A stretch of 64,000 bases of DNA from an uncultured virus (IMG/VR IMGVR_UViG_3300027896_000016) (IMGVR_UViG_3300027896_000016), one strand, 5' to 3'; shown: positions 19,582 through 29,255, counted from the stretch's first letter. Notes: generated by a model not told the origin, from the letters alone. Translations and numbers: made by a program.

Positions 19582-20106
19582 CTATGCCCGTAAACTTTCG
19601 AGGAACAAGTCTAACTTATTATCAAGATTAGCCTTCAATGTATATAATGCATTTGAATCATCTTTTAAATTGGGATTATAGATAATCTCTTCACCAATTA
19701 TAGCCTGATAAACTTTATTCTTAGCAGCCATACGCTTATTCAGTTCTTTTTGCGTAGGAGTTACGTCTGTTGCCACAACATCATTGCCCAAATAACCCTG
19801 CATAGCCGCTACTCTATTTATAATATCTACCTTGGTCGTAAACATTGCATTCGGATCGTTCTTTAAGTTAGGGTTAGCATCAACGGCCTCTTTGAGCAAT
19901 TTAGCAATAAGTTGATTCTTGTCTTTTATTGCCGCTGCCGCTGTTTTTCTCGTTTGCTTTTGAGCTTCTCGTTCTGTCTTTAACAATTTAGGCACTTTTC
20001 CAAGACCCAATAAACCAGGACCAGTACTTACAAATTTCTTGTAAGCAATATAAACGCCAATCCCAATCAAACCGTAAGTAACCAATTGCTTCGTTTTTGG
20101 TGTCAT
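19582..20106 (-). CDS. membrane protein, KKY..GPG.LGLG family
   Basis: MTPKTK, TM, GPGLLGLG; internal repeat NPNLK.D.NA. Confidence 0.75.
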   Translation of the reverse strand: MTPKTKQLVTYGLIGIGVYIAYKKFVSTGPGLLGLGKVPKLLKTEREAQKQTRKTAAAAIKDKNQLIAKLLKEAVDANPNLKNDPNAMFTTKVDIINRVAAMQGYLGNDVVATDVTPTQKELNKRMAAKNKVYQAIIGEEIIYNPNLKDDSNALYTLKANLDNKLDLFLESLRA

Positions 20107-20108
20107 GA

Positions 20109-20459
20109 CTAAAATACCTCGTATGCAGAAACGCCACCAGTATTAGTCAAAATTGCGTCAAGAGGAATAGGAGTTTGTGCTTTTTGTATTTTTTCTATTC
20201 GTTTACCTAATTTTTGTTCAGCTTTATGGAGCCACTTTTGTTTTTCTATTTCTTTCTTATCCGCTTGTGACATAAATTTACCAATTGCTTTTTGTATTTT
20301 TGATGCCTGTTTTGCGGCAACTTTTTGTGCTTTAATATATGGGTCAGTTTTACCCAATCCCAATAATCCAGGACTCTTGCTTATAAATTTCTTATAGATC
20401 ACATAAGCGCCAACAAAAATTGCAGCGTAAGTAATTATTTTCTTAGTTTTAGCTGTCAC
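20109..20459 (-). CDS. membrane protein, KKY..GPG.LGLG family (GTG start)
   Basis: MTAKTKK, TM, SPGLLGLG; ends GGVSAYEVF. Confidence 0.75.
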   Translation of the reverse strand: MTAKTKKIITYAAIFVGAYVIYKKFISKSPGLLGLGKTDPYIKAQKVAAKQASKIQKAIGKFMSQADKKEIEKQKWLHKAEQKLGKRIEKIQKAQTPIPLDAILTNTGGVSAYEVF

Positions 20460-20460
20460 G

Positions 20461-21024
20461 TTAGAAAACCTCGTATTCCGACACACCACCGGAAGCGGCG
20501 ATATTCGCATTAATTGCATCGGCAGTCGTCACAGCAGAATCCGCCGGAATCGGTGTTGCGGTTAACGTAGTTGTAACGATTGTATCGGGCGCAACAATTG
20601 GTGCAGACTGTTCAAGAGTCGGCTGCGTTGGCGCAACAACCGGAACAGCCGCAGTTGTAGCATGTCGCTTGCCTACCGGTAAGAAAGATAGCTCTTTGAT
20701 CCAGCCCTTGCGTACCGCTTGCTTATAGCCCCAATAGAAAACTATGCCAAGACCAATGTACATGAAAACTTTACTCGGTGAAAAATTTTTGCGATACGCC
20801 ATCTTCGATCTCCTTCTTCTAAAATTGCTCACACTATTATTGTCGAAAATTGACCACTTAGCCAATTCTCGCGTTTCTTGTTTGGACTTTCGCGGCACTC
20901 GATATTTTCCCAACCTACCGCTTAACAATTCACGACCAGTATAAGAGTCTCTCTGAGAAAAACGACTCGCTCGCGCCCGCCCTTTGCGAGAATACAAATC
21001 AAAAAAACTAATAATTTCGCCCAT
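20461..21024 (-). CDS. membrane protein; a second in-frame start with strong RBS at 20802 (MAYRKNF)
   Basis: TM; ends GGVSEYEVF. Confidence 0.7.
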   Translation of the reverse strand: MGEIISFFDLYSRKGRARASRFSQRDSYTGRELLSGRLGKYRVPRKSKQETRELAKWSIFDNNSVSNFRRRRSKMAYRKNFSPSKVFMYIGLGIVFYWGYKQAVRKGWIKELSFLPVGKRHATTAAVPVVAPTQPTLEQSAPIVAPDTIVTTTLTATPIPADSAVTTADAINANIAASGGVSEYEVF

Positions 21025-21032
21025 TTTGCGCC

Positions 21033-21461
21033 TTAACCCTGTACTAAACGGGCCTGTTGAACAAATGCTAACTGATTAAGCTGATTTACGAAATTCTCAG
21101 TATCACCAGCAACATAAGTAATCGGAATTCGTGCCAGAAGACCATATGTAGTCTTTTTGCCCTTAGTAACACTATCAATATAACTAGTATCAAAACTCGG
21201 TATCATGAATTTAAGATCGGTTATATCCTGTTCCTTCGGTGCTTTCTTAAATTCAATGAAAATCTTATATGACCCCGTAACAGTTGGACTAGGCACAGAA
21301 CCAGTAGTAGGGTTAACACCGGGAGCATAAGGCGTCGTGTTCAAAAACCTACTCGCAAAATATTTATAACCATAGTATAAAATAAGACCAACGCCGACTA
21401 ATTCAATAATTGTCAACCAAATTGGCCCATTTTGCTTAATTTGTCTCTTGCCACTTGGCAT
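21033..21461 (-). CDS. N-terminally anchored membrane protein
   Basis: MPSGKRQIKQNG, TM. Confidence 0.75.
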   Translation of the reverse strand: MPSGKRQIKQNGPIWLTIIELVGVGLILYYGYKYFASRFLNTTPYAPGVNPTTGSVPSPTVTGSYKIFIEFKKAPKEQDITDLKFMIPSFDTSYIDSVTKGKKTTYGLLARIPITYVAGDTENFVNQLNQLAFVQQARLVQG

Positions 21462-21486
21462 GTTAATTCCCCTATTCTATCCAAAA

Positions 21487-22173
21487 TTAGGCAAACATAC
21501 CAAGACGATTTCGTCGCTGACGATTTGCCGCAACAGCCTTGACACTTCGCGGCTTTCGTGCGTAGAACATTCCGCCAAGAACAACAACTCCTACTGCCGC
21601 AAGAATAACATAAAGAAGAGTATTGTCAGACTTAGGAACTGATATAATCGGCTTAGGTGTTGCCGCTGTCTTTTTTGACATAAATGCCGGTGCAACTGAA
21701 CCTGCAACAGCAGCAGTTACTCCAAGCGTCTTCAGAACATTATCCCATACACTACCAGTAGAGGCAGCGGGTGTAGGAGTCATTGGGCTTAATTTAATAG
21801 AAGACTGTGCGCCAGGAGTATATTTGAATGAACTTGCCGAAACATCAATCGGCGGAATATAAGCACCCGGAACGCTCGGGAAAATACTTGTAAGATCATA
21901 CCAAGTCTGTGCTGCGGGTGCAGCAGTAGCCGGTGCAGCAGGTGCGGGCGTAGTATAAGTAGGTGTAGAAGCAGGAACCGGATTAGGATATAATGCGTTT
22001 ATAGCATCAAAATTAGGCAATGGCACAGAAGATTCATCTTGCGCCAAATAACCAACATTCCCAACATTGCCAATACCAAACAACTGATTACTTTCGACCA
22101 GTTCGTCAAACGACATATCTTCGGGATTTAAATCATCTGGCATCAAATCATCCGTAGTTAACCAAAGACTCAT
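21487..22173 (-). CDS. Pro/Ala/Thr-rich protein with C-terminal TM
   Basis: start MSLWL after AGGAG; TM then ANRQRRNR. Confidence 0.75.
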   Translation of the reverse strand: MSLWLTTDDLMPDDLNPEDMSFDELVESNQLFGIGNVGNVGYLAQDESSVPLPNFDAINALYPNPVPASTPTYTTPAPAAPATAAPAAQTWYDLTSIFPSVPGAYIPPIDVSASSFKYTPGAQSSIKLSPMTPTPAASTGSVWDNVLKTLGVTAAVAGSVAPAFMSKKTAATPKPIISVPKSDNTLLYVILAAVGVVVLGGMFYARKPRSVKAVAANRQRRNRLGMFA

Positions 22174-22207
22174 GACATTTCTCCTAATCAAAAATTGTTC
22201 AAATTCT

Positions 22208-22540
22208 CTATCGCTTCATCACGTAAATGACAGCAACAGCAGAAAGACCAATTACTAAAAACCACTTGTATTTGTCCAAGAAACTTAAAGCGGAATTTGA
22301 CGAACGATATGCCGAAGCTAATGTCGGATTATAACTTGAAGAAGCACTGTCGAAATTCTTGGCAATATAATTGAATATCGTCGGATCGTACTGTTGCAAA
22401 ATCGGCAATAGTTGCAATTCTTGAACATAACCCGCCGTATGATGTGTAAAGCTTGTCGGCACTCCCGGCGTATCGGGATTGCGAACAATTATACCCTGTG
22501 CAATAGCATAGCCTTCAGCTTGATCCAGTTCAATTGCCAT
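22208..22540 (-). CDS. C-terminal TM protein whose 5' end is duplicated at 23870-23900
   Basis: MAIELDQAEGY...; RBS AGGGG. Confidence 0.8.
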   Translation of the reverse strand: MAIELDQAEGYAIAQGIIVRNPDTPGVPTSFTHHTAGYVQELQLLPILQQYDPTIFNYIAKNFDSASSSYNPTLASAYRSSNSALSFLDKYKWFLVIGLSAVAVIYVMKR

Positions 22541-22579
22541 TGTAATTCCCCTATCTAAATTTACAGAGTGCTGTTGTCT

Positions 22580-23604
22580 TCAGGCAACAGAATTTTCTTT
22601 TTTGTAAAATCTAAAACTACTATAACATTTAAATTTAATATCTTCCAATTTAGCGCTTTGACAAATTCTTTCGCCATTTATAAGTGAATGTAAACTTAAT
22701 TTATTTTTAAAAGGTGTACCGCCAATATAACAAAGTCCATATTTAGGATGAATTACTAAACTTCCTCGTTTCAATCCAAGACTTCTTGTACCTCCATATT
22801 TTAATCGTTTTCCACCTTTAGAAAACTGAAGATGATGTAATTGTCTCCTATGAAATCTCAATGGAACCACAATTAATAAAGATTTATTATCTGGATTTTT
22901 CTTTCCGCCAACTTCACTATAAGCTAAAATCCAACTATCAACATTATGTGCAGAAAATTCTTCCTTTAATTTTGAACAATTTTTTCTAATCCAAGTCGAT
23001 TCCTTAAATCGGATGTTTCCCGTCCTTGCATAATTTTAACAGAAGCAATCTTTTTAAGTTCTTCATAAAACCACTTTTTACCAACTTCCAACAAACTAAA
23101 ACTAGAATCCCACCTTCTTTGACCAGTTTTCTTAGCCTTAACATCCTCAACTATAAATTGAGAAATTGGGAATATTTTAATAAATTTATTGACAATTCTA
23201 AGTTTTAACTGCCATCTAGCCTTAGTAGAAAACGGTAATTTTCTTCCTCTTCTATTTTGTCTCGGTTTTCTATATGGCGTTTTTCTAAATCTGCGAGCTT
23301 TACGCATATTCCTGCGTACCTCAACTGCGTCTTTTACCCAAGTAACCGCATACGATAAAACATTTAAATAAGTTTTCCTTTTTGATTTAACTGTAAATGC
23401 TTCTCTTTTACTCCCTGGATCAATACCTACTACTATAGGCTGCATATTTCTGGCAGAAGGTTCTACGTTTAACCTAACACAAAATACGCCTAGCTTATAA
23501 AAATAGGTAGCCTTTCTACTTCTAATCCACTTAGAGGCCCTTCTACGAGTAGTTGGCATAAGTGGTTTATTATTTTTATCTACAACTGGAACCATGTTTT
23601 TCAA
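22580..23604 (-). pseudogene. isrB: isrB, frameshifted by a 1-nt deletion near 22980
   Basis: KPLMPT, GIDPGSK, IVEDVK, then SAHNVDS in a shifted frame; GAAAAAATT versus GAAAAAACTT in the intact paralog; no HNH. Confidence 0.85.
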
Positions 23605-23611
23605 ATTACAT

Positions 23612-23869
23612 TTCCTTAAAATCTTTGAATTGTTGTAAGCAATTCAAAACTCGAATAAGTATATACCCCTTCGACACTGACAGCCACAGGGATTACGGAT
23701 TAGGGGAGCGTCTGTAATATGTCTTACCCTGCCACGAGTTAGGCTGTTCAGTTTGATTGGACTTTTGTTTTACCTCCTTTCCAATCCATGTCTAGTTAAC
23801 ACTTACGTCGGAAGGTCGCCTATTGGCTAGGTCATTCCGAACCATCTTTTAAAAACAATGGCTGTTAAC
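23612..23869 (-). ncRNA. omega-RNA scaffold of element 1
   Basis: GTTAACA...TGTTAAC closing stem followed by TAGAC; colinear with 25660-25917; directly upstream of isrB. Confidence 0.8.
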
Positions 23870-23909
23870 AATTTTCGGCCTGATCTAGTTCGATTGCCAT
23901 TTTACACCC

Positions 23910-24056
23910 CTATCTTAGTAATTTGCCATTTGGATCATCCAGACCAAACAGGCCCGGCCATTTTTTCTGCAAATTTCCGACAATAATATATAATAAAATA
24001 CCGCCAATTACAAATAATACAATTTGTTCAACCTGTTTATTAGTTTTACTTGACAT
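23910..24056 (-). CDS. small TM protein
   Basis: start MSSKTNK; TM; PGLFGLDD. Confidence 0.65.
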   Translation of the reverse strand: MSSKTNKQVEQIVLFVIGGILLYIIVGNLQKKWPGLFGLDDPNGKLLR

Positions 24057-24066
24057 ATTTATCGCC

Positions 24067-24591
24067 TTAACTGCCTTTCGGTCGGCCACGCTTTTTGGGC
24101 ACAACTGGCGCTGGCGAAATTTCTTCTATTTGTGTCACTACAGGCTCTAATTCTTTGGTTTCATCTTTTTCTACTTTCGGCGCGGGTGCAATTTTGGGTT
24201 CAGGAAGTTTAACAATTGCAAGGCCGACCGAATCGCCAATTCTAACAATTGTTATAACCGTGCCAACTTCTAGATCCTGTATTTTCTCATAAATCGGCAT
24301 TATCAATTCGGCACATGAATCGTGAAGATTGGGATTATTGTTAGTTTTCTGCGCGATATATCGGCCAATCGTTACGCAAAACGCATTAAAAGTTCGCCCC
24401 ATTCTTTCCGCGATTTCGCCCAAACGACCGTCATAATCACAAACAATTGCCTGTGCGCAATCCTTGTTCGAATCTATTCCGACAAAGCGATTCGCACAAC
24501 CGCATTCGCATTTTTCGCGGCACATTTGGTCTAACACCAAGATCTCGTTCGGATCACAATCTTTTGACTCAAACGGCTTTAGCATTTTCAT
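24067..24591 (-). CDS. Cys-rich protein with C-terminal AT-hook-like motif
   Basis: CREKCECGC; ends KKRGRPKGS. Confidence 0.7.
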   Translation of the reverse strand: MKMLKPFESKDCDPNEILVLDQMCREKCECGCANRFVGIDSNKDCAQAIVCDYDGRLGEIAERMGRTFNAFCVTIGRYIAQKTNNNPNLHDSCAELIMPIYEKIQDLEVGTVITIVRIGDSVGLAIVKLPEPKIAPAPKVEKDETKELEPVVTQIEEISPAPVVPKKRGRPKGS

Positions 24592-24614
24592 AAATATTTC
24601 GCTAAACCATTATT

Positions 24615-25649
24615 TTAAGCAACAAATGGATTAGCGATATCCTCCTTTCTGTAAAATCTAAAACTATTAAATGCCCTAAATTTAACATCTTCTAATTTCG
24701 CGTTTTGACAAATTCTTTTACCGTCTACAAGTGAATGTAAACTTAATCTTCCTTTTAATGTTCCACCAATATAACAAAGACCATATTCGGAATGATCCAC
24801 TAAACTTCCCCGTTTCAAACCAAGACTTCTTGTTCCTCCGAATAAACGTCGTTTTCCTCCATGAATAAATTTAAAATAATGTAATTGTCTTCGATGAAAC
24901 CCCAAAGAAACCAAAATTAACAAAGATTCATCTTCTGGTTTTTGTTTACCACCAACTTCGCTCCAAGCTAGTAACCAACTATCGACATTATGTGCAGAAA
25001 ATTCTTCTTCTAATTTTGAATAAGTTTTTTCTAATCCAAGTTGATTTCTTAAATTATATGTATCCCAACCTTGCATAATTTTAATAGGAGCAATTTTACC
25101 GAGTTCTTCATAAAACCATTTCTTTCCAACTTCTAAAGGACTAAAACTAGAATCCCATCTTTCTTGTCCAATCGTTTTAGCTTTAATATTTTCAATTATA
25201 AGTTTGGAAATTGGAAATATTTTAACAAGTTTATTAATAATTCTGAGCTTCAACTGCCATCTAGCTTTAGTAGAAGGAGGTAATCCACCCATTTTTCTAT
25301 TTTTTCTTTGCTTTCTACATGGAGTCTTTCTAAAACGACGATTTTTACGAGCACTTTTTCTATTTTCTACTCTATCTTTAACCCAAGTAACTGCATATGT
25401 TAAAATATTCAAATGTGTTTTCTTTTCTGATTTAACAGTAAATGCTTCTCTTTTACTACCTGGATCAATACCTACTACTATAGGTTGCATATTTCTTGCA
25501 GAAGGTTCTACATTCAATCGAACACAAAATATACCATGTTTCCAAAATGGAGTAGCTTTTCTACTCTTAATCCATCTAGCCGCTCGCCAAGATGTTGTTG
25601 GCATAAGCGGCTTTCCATCTTTGTCTACTACTGGTACTGATTTTGTCAA
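24615..25649 (-). CDS. isrB: IsrB RNA-guided nickase (PLMP domain, split RuvC, bridge helix, no HNH)
   Basis: 344 aa; KPLMPT, VGIDPGSK, Arg-rich RKSARKNRRFRK, IIENIK, HNVDS. Confidence 0.9.
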   Translation of the reverse strand: MTKSVPVVDKDGKPLMPTTSWRAARWIKSRKATPFWKHGIFCVRLNVEPSARNMQPIVVGIDPGSKREAFTVKSEKKTHLNILTYAVTWVKDRVENRKSARKNRRFRKTPCRKQRKNRKMGGLPPSTKARWQLKLRIINKLVKIFPISKLIIENIKAKTIGQERWDSSFSPLEVGKKWFYEELGKIAPIKIMQGWDTYNLRNQLGLEKTYSKLEEEFSAHNVDSWLLAWSEVGGKQKPEDESLLILVSLGFHRRQLHYFKFIHGGKRRLFGGTRSLGLKRGSLVDHSEYGLCYIGGTLKGRLSLHSLVDGKRICQNAKLEDVKFRAFNSFRFYRKEDIANPFVA

Positions 25650-25659
25650 TTTCTTTTCC

Positions 25660-25917
25660 TTAAAATCCTTGATTAGCTGTAAGCAGGTTCAAGGAAACCA
25701 TACTGTGTACAACCCTTCGACACTGACAGTCACAGGGAATGCAAACTAGGGTGGCATTCGCAATGTGTTTTATCCTGCCACGGATTAGACTGTTCAGTTT
25801 GATTGGAACTTTCTTTTGTCTTTTCCTCCTTTCCAATCGTTGTCTAGTCAATGCTTGCGTTGAAAGTTGCCTTTTGGCAAGGACTTTCAAACCGTTATTT
25901 ATAAAACGGTCATTGAC
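25660..25917 (-). ncRNA. omega-RNA scaffold of element 2
   Basis: GTCAATG...CATTGAC closing stem then TAGAC; compensatory changes relative to copy 1. Confidence 0.85.
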
Positions 25918-26209
25918 CCGCCTTAAGTTTAAAGTGGTCAGTTTTTATTTTTTCAATGTGTTTTTTGGCCGAGACATAAAAGTCTGTATTGTGTTTGTTT
26001 AATAGTTTTAAAATAGCTTGAATTTTCTTAATATTTTCAGTTAGATCGTCCGTATCCAAAGTATCCAAATTTTCATAAGCATTGTCGATATTATTTATAA
26101 GCATAAGAGCCATATGTTTAAGCGTTTTATATTCAGTTTCAGCTTGGTCCAGATAACTTGTTTTATTATTTTCTTTTCCTAAATCTGTGAGTTTGCTAAG
26201 TAAATCCAT
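25910..26209 (-). CDS. helical hypothetical protein whose stop codon lies inside element 2
   Basis: start MDLLSK after AAGGAG; ends AAG GCG G|GT CAA TGA. Confidence 0.7.
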   Translation of the reverse strand: MDLLSKLTDLGKENNKTSYLDQAETEYKTLKHMALMLINNIDNAYENLDTLDTDDLTENIKKIQAILKLLNKHNTDFYVSAKKHIEKIKTDHFKLKAGQ

Positions 26210-26226
26210 AATGCTCCTTTGCCGCA

Positions 26227-26262
26227 CCTTCTAGGAGAGAGCTAGGCTCAATCCCCTAGAAG
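26227..26262 (-). terminator. stem-loop downstream of the holin-like gene
   Basis: CCTTCTAGG...CCTAGAAGG inverted repeat; no clear U-tract. Confidence 0.4.
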
Positions 26263-26278
26263 GTTTCGGCAATTAGAG

Positions 26279-26536
26279 TTATTTCGGATTTGCCAATAAA
26301 GCCGTCTTTTTAAGATCCACTGCGTTTGCAATAGAACTTGTCTTGCCCATTGAGCCGCTATCGGCAATACCTTGGCCAACGCAGAAAGAAGATACCATAG
26401 CAGCTATTCCACCAATTACATACTTCATATTCTCTGGAGTAATATTACTATATAATGCAATAACCGTTACGCAAATCATACCGGTTATACAAACTACCAT
26501 CTTTTTGCCGCCAAACGTTGCGAATAAGCTATTCAA
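26279..26536 (-). CDS. holin-like two-TM protein
   Basis: GGKK followed by two TMs and GQGIAD. Confidence 0.6.
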   Translation of the reverse strand: MNSLFATFGGKKMVVCITGMICVTVIALYSNITPENMKYVIGGIAAMVSSFCVGQGIADSGSMGKTSSIANAVDLKKTALLANPK

Positions 26537-26537
26537 T

Positions 26538-27707
26538 TTAGATCTCCCGTAGAATCGACGGAATCCTCATGTAAACAATGTCCGCATTTCGAACGTTTGC
26601 ACCATCACCATGATCGACCGAAATATTTCCGGTTCCCATTGCAGTAGCAACAAACCATACACAAGTAGCCTGATTATTCTTGGAAATCGGAATCACGATA
26701 TCAGGAGCAACTGAAACGCCGTTTTCCAGCAAGAGAGGATTATAAACATCCGGCGTCCCGCCAGTTACCGCAACGTTCTGTCTTACTTCGATATATTTCT
26801 GAGTAGCAGAAGTGGCAGTAAATATAGTCGGTAGGAACCAAGTAAATAGATCATGGTTAGCGGGGGCACCTGAACCATTGATATACTGTAAGTTACCGGT
26901 AGCAAGCGGCGTAGTCGTAACGCCAGAACTGCGATCAATTGCACCAAGACTGGCTTTAGGAACACACCACGCAAATGTCGGAATCTGTAGAACGTTTGCT
27001 TGCGTGAGCAATGCGTCATTATTAGTTCCAGCATTTGAAATAGAAATAGCCTTTGCGCCATGACTATACTTATTTTGTGCAGTACCAAAACGCTGAACAG
27101 CAATCGTGATAGTCGCATCAGTTACAGCCGCACCATTCTGAGTAACACCGATTGTACCAGCAAACGAATGGCCAGTCGCAGGAGTTAAAGTCATAGCACC
27201 AGTACCGTTTCGAGTACCGGAAGCAATAAGAGCACTTCTTGCAGCATCAAGATAAACACTCAGTGTAATATTAAGCGCACCGTCTTCAACGAAAGTCAGA
27301 TAACACATTCCTGACGGAGAACAATCAAAATCTTTGTTAAATGCTGTCAAAGTCCACGGTGTAGTAGCGGGAGCAAGACGAGTGCTTGCATCCAAAACGA
27401 TATCGACGGAAAAACCAGCATCGCCCGCAAAAGTTGACATAATAGAATGTACACGCATCATAAGAATATCGAAATTGCGAGCATTACCAGCATCGCTATG
27501 ACCAACCGTTACGGTCGCACTGTAAGGTATAAGACTTGTCGAAACATAAGGAAAACAACCGTTGTCAGACTTCGGAACAGCAAAAACAACATCGGGCATA
27601 ACCGCAGTTTCAACACCACCAACTAAATCTCGCAATCCATGTGTAATAGCCGTACCCGCCGCCGCAATAGCAGTGTTCTGAACGAGATGGAAAAGCTTTA
27701 GTGCCAT
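26538..27707 (-). CDS. beta-rich structural protein with internal repeats
   Basis: start MALKLF after GGAGGG; repeated VPKS/N.RN.DI..MR..SI units. Confidence 0.75.
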   Translation of the reverse strand: MALKLFHLVQNTAIAAAGTAITHGLRDLVGGVETAVMPDVVFAVPKSDNGCFPYVSTSLIPYSATVTVGHSDAGNARNFDILMMRVHSIMSTFAGDAGFSVDIVLDASTRLAPATTPWTLTAFNKDFDCSPSGMCYLTFVEDGALNITLSVYLDAARSALIASGTRNGTGAMTLTPATGHSFAGTIGVTQNGAAVTDATITIAVQRFGTAQNKYSHGAKAISISNAGTNNDALLTQANVLQIPTFAWCVPKASLGAIDRSSGVTTTPLATGNLQYINGSGAPANHDLFTWFLPTIFTATSATQKYIEVRQNVAVTGGTPDVYNPLLLENGVSVAPDIVIPISKNNQATCVWFVATAMGTGNISVDHGDGANVRNADIVYMRIPSILREI

Positions 27708-27894
27708 CTTACTACCCTCCAAATTAAAATTGAGAACCAATCAACAAACACTTCTCCCACAATGGGAGAAAATTGCTCACGTATTAAGTTTTGCATGTTT
27801 TACTCTTACTCGATATAAGCGAGTAATTGTTAAATAGAAATCAATAAACTTAATTACTAATAATTTCAATACTGGACTCTGGCATATCACTCTT

Positions 27895-27923
27895 ACTATA
27901 CCTTATACTTTAACAGAAATCAA
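27895..27923 (-). promoter_or_regulatory. sigma70-like promoter
   Basis: TTGATT-17-TATAGT in a 370-nt intergenic gap. Confidence 0.55.
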
Positions 27924-28079
27924 GCAAATTCTCGTTTATCTTCTGGTCGTAACCCTATACGCACCAAGGACTTGTAGAAAAACCCAAATTTCTATGCATT
28001 GTCAATACGGCATTATATCGTCAGAATGACATCATATCGGACAGAATAGCGTTTATTGTGATATAATGTATGCATATTG

Positions 28080-28466
28080 TCATAGTGGCTCGTCTTCTTT
28101 AATTTCTTCTTTAATTTCTTCTTTAATTTCTTCTTTAATTTCTTCTTTAATTTCTTCTTTATCAGATTTCTTTATGACTAATGCCGCGACGGCAGAACTG
28201 ATATCACCCTGAATAACCATTGTCTTAACATAAGCATATTTATTGTCAATTGCGCTTTTTTCTGCCGCGATTTTTTCGTCAATATCGCCAATTTCGTTTA
28301 ATTGAATAGCAGAACCCAATGCGAGAGATGCATCGGTCAAGATACCTTCTCGAAATGCTCGGTCGGCATTATCTGGATTTGCTTGTGCTAACATTGCCGC
28401 TCGTGCTTGCGTTACACTTATCGTAACTGTCACGGTTCCATCGTCATTTACTTGAATTGAAATCAT
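28080..28466 (-). CDS. hypothetical protein with (KEEI)5 tail
   Basis: 128-aa ORF in the operon. Confidence 0.7.
   Translation of the reverse strand: MISIQVNDDGTVTVTISVTQARAAMLAQANPDNADRAFREGILTDASLALGSAIQLNEIGDIDEKIAAEKSAIDNKYAYVKTMVIQGDISSAVAALVIKKSDKEEIKEEIKEEIKEEIKEEIKEDEPL
28093..28161. repeat. 12-bp tandem repeat, 5 full copies plus a partial
   Basis: TCTTCTTTAATT units. Confidence 0.95.
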
Positions 28467-28481
28467 TGAAAGACCCTTTCT

Positions 28482-29255
28482 TTAGGCTTTATAATCAATG
28501 CGTAAATTCGCAAAAGTAATAGACAATGCTGTTGCCGCACCATCTCTTTGTGCAGCCATAAATACATCCCATGTCGAAGGCGCATAATTTGTTTTAGCGG
28601 TTGCCATAAATACTAAACCATTATTACCGTATACATTAAACGAAAATAAAGGTTGTAAAGTGCTTAACGCTGGCCATCCAGCAGACCAAGTGCCAGAATA
28701 AGCCGTTCCAAATCCAGCCATTACACCACAAGGTAAATCTATAACCATTACATCTTGAGCAAAATATGCGGCAATTTGTGACTCAGTAGGATAATTATTC
28801 TGAGAAATATTAATTCTTACTTTATGTCCAGTAGTTGTGCTATATCCTCTCCAAAGAGAATAAAAGAAACTATTTCTAACTGATGCATTATATGTATCTA
28901 ATGCGAGAATTGCGGCGTCATAATTAGCAGCGGAATTATTTGCTGAATTATATGCCCATATTCTAATCGGCGTATCAAAAGAAAAACTAGATATCACTTG
29001 CTGGATATTAAGAGCCAACATTGGTAATTTACGAAAATCGCCCCGCCATTCAGCTAAACAAGATGAATTATCTCCACCCTGAGTAGGTTGGATAATAACT
29101 CCAGAACCGTTTGTAAGTGTCATTGCAGAAGATTCTTCGGTTGACCATAATTTTCGAAACGTAAGTCCCGCAATGGTATAATTACCATCCGGGGCTAAAG
29201 TTTGAGTACCTTGAGCCGCAAAATCAAGATCTAATATTGTTGTCCACCCTGCCAT
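28482..29255 (-). CDS. beta-sandwich structural protein, triplet A member
   Basis: WTTILDLDF..QG.QTL.PDG.YTI; GTWSAGWP. Confidence 0.75.
   Translation of the reverse strand: MAGWTTILDLDFAAQGTQTLAPDGNYTIAGLTFRKLWSTEESSAMTLTNGSGVIIQPTQGGDNSSCLAEWRGDFRKLPMLALNIQQVISSFSFDTPIRIWAYNSANNSAANYDAAILALDTYNASVRNSFFYSLWRGYSTTTGHKVRINISQNNYPTESQIAAYFAQDVMVIDLPCGVMAGFGTAYSGTWSAGWPALSTLQPLFSFNVYGNNGLVFMATAKTNYAPSTWDVFMAAQRDGAATALSITFANLRIDYKA

Larger units (their letters stand above)
22557..23869 (-). mobile_element. non-autonomous IsrB OMEGA element 1 (IS200/IS605 superfamily)
   Basis: omega-RNA 5' end GTTAACAG, isrB gene, 3' hairpin CTGTTGCC-TGAA-GACAACAG ending AAATTT; no tnpA in the window. Confidence 0.8.
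24592..25917 (-). mobile_element. non-autonomous IsrB OMEGA element 2
   Basis: 5' end GTCAATG, intact isrB, 3' hairpin CGCTAA...TTAGCG ending AATATTT followed by ATGA. Confidence 0.85.

Noticed and set aside
22174..22191. MIRRN as another basic-Asn tag
   Set aside because: AGG AGA AAT is the RBS of the probable true start at 22173.
22975..22990. programmed -1 frameshift in isrB-1
   Set aside because: No canonical in-frame slippery heptamer; the paralog simply has one more base.
22580..25649. IscB, Cas9 or TnpB call
   Set aside because: A PLMP N-terminus with no HNH or zinc finger between RuvC-II and RuvC-III, at about 345 aa, fits IsrB.
25660..25890. 76-aa ORF upstream of isrB
   Set aside because: It overlaps the omega-RNA, and the homologous region of element 1 has no equivalent ORF in the track.
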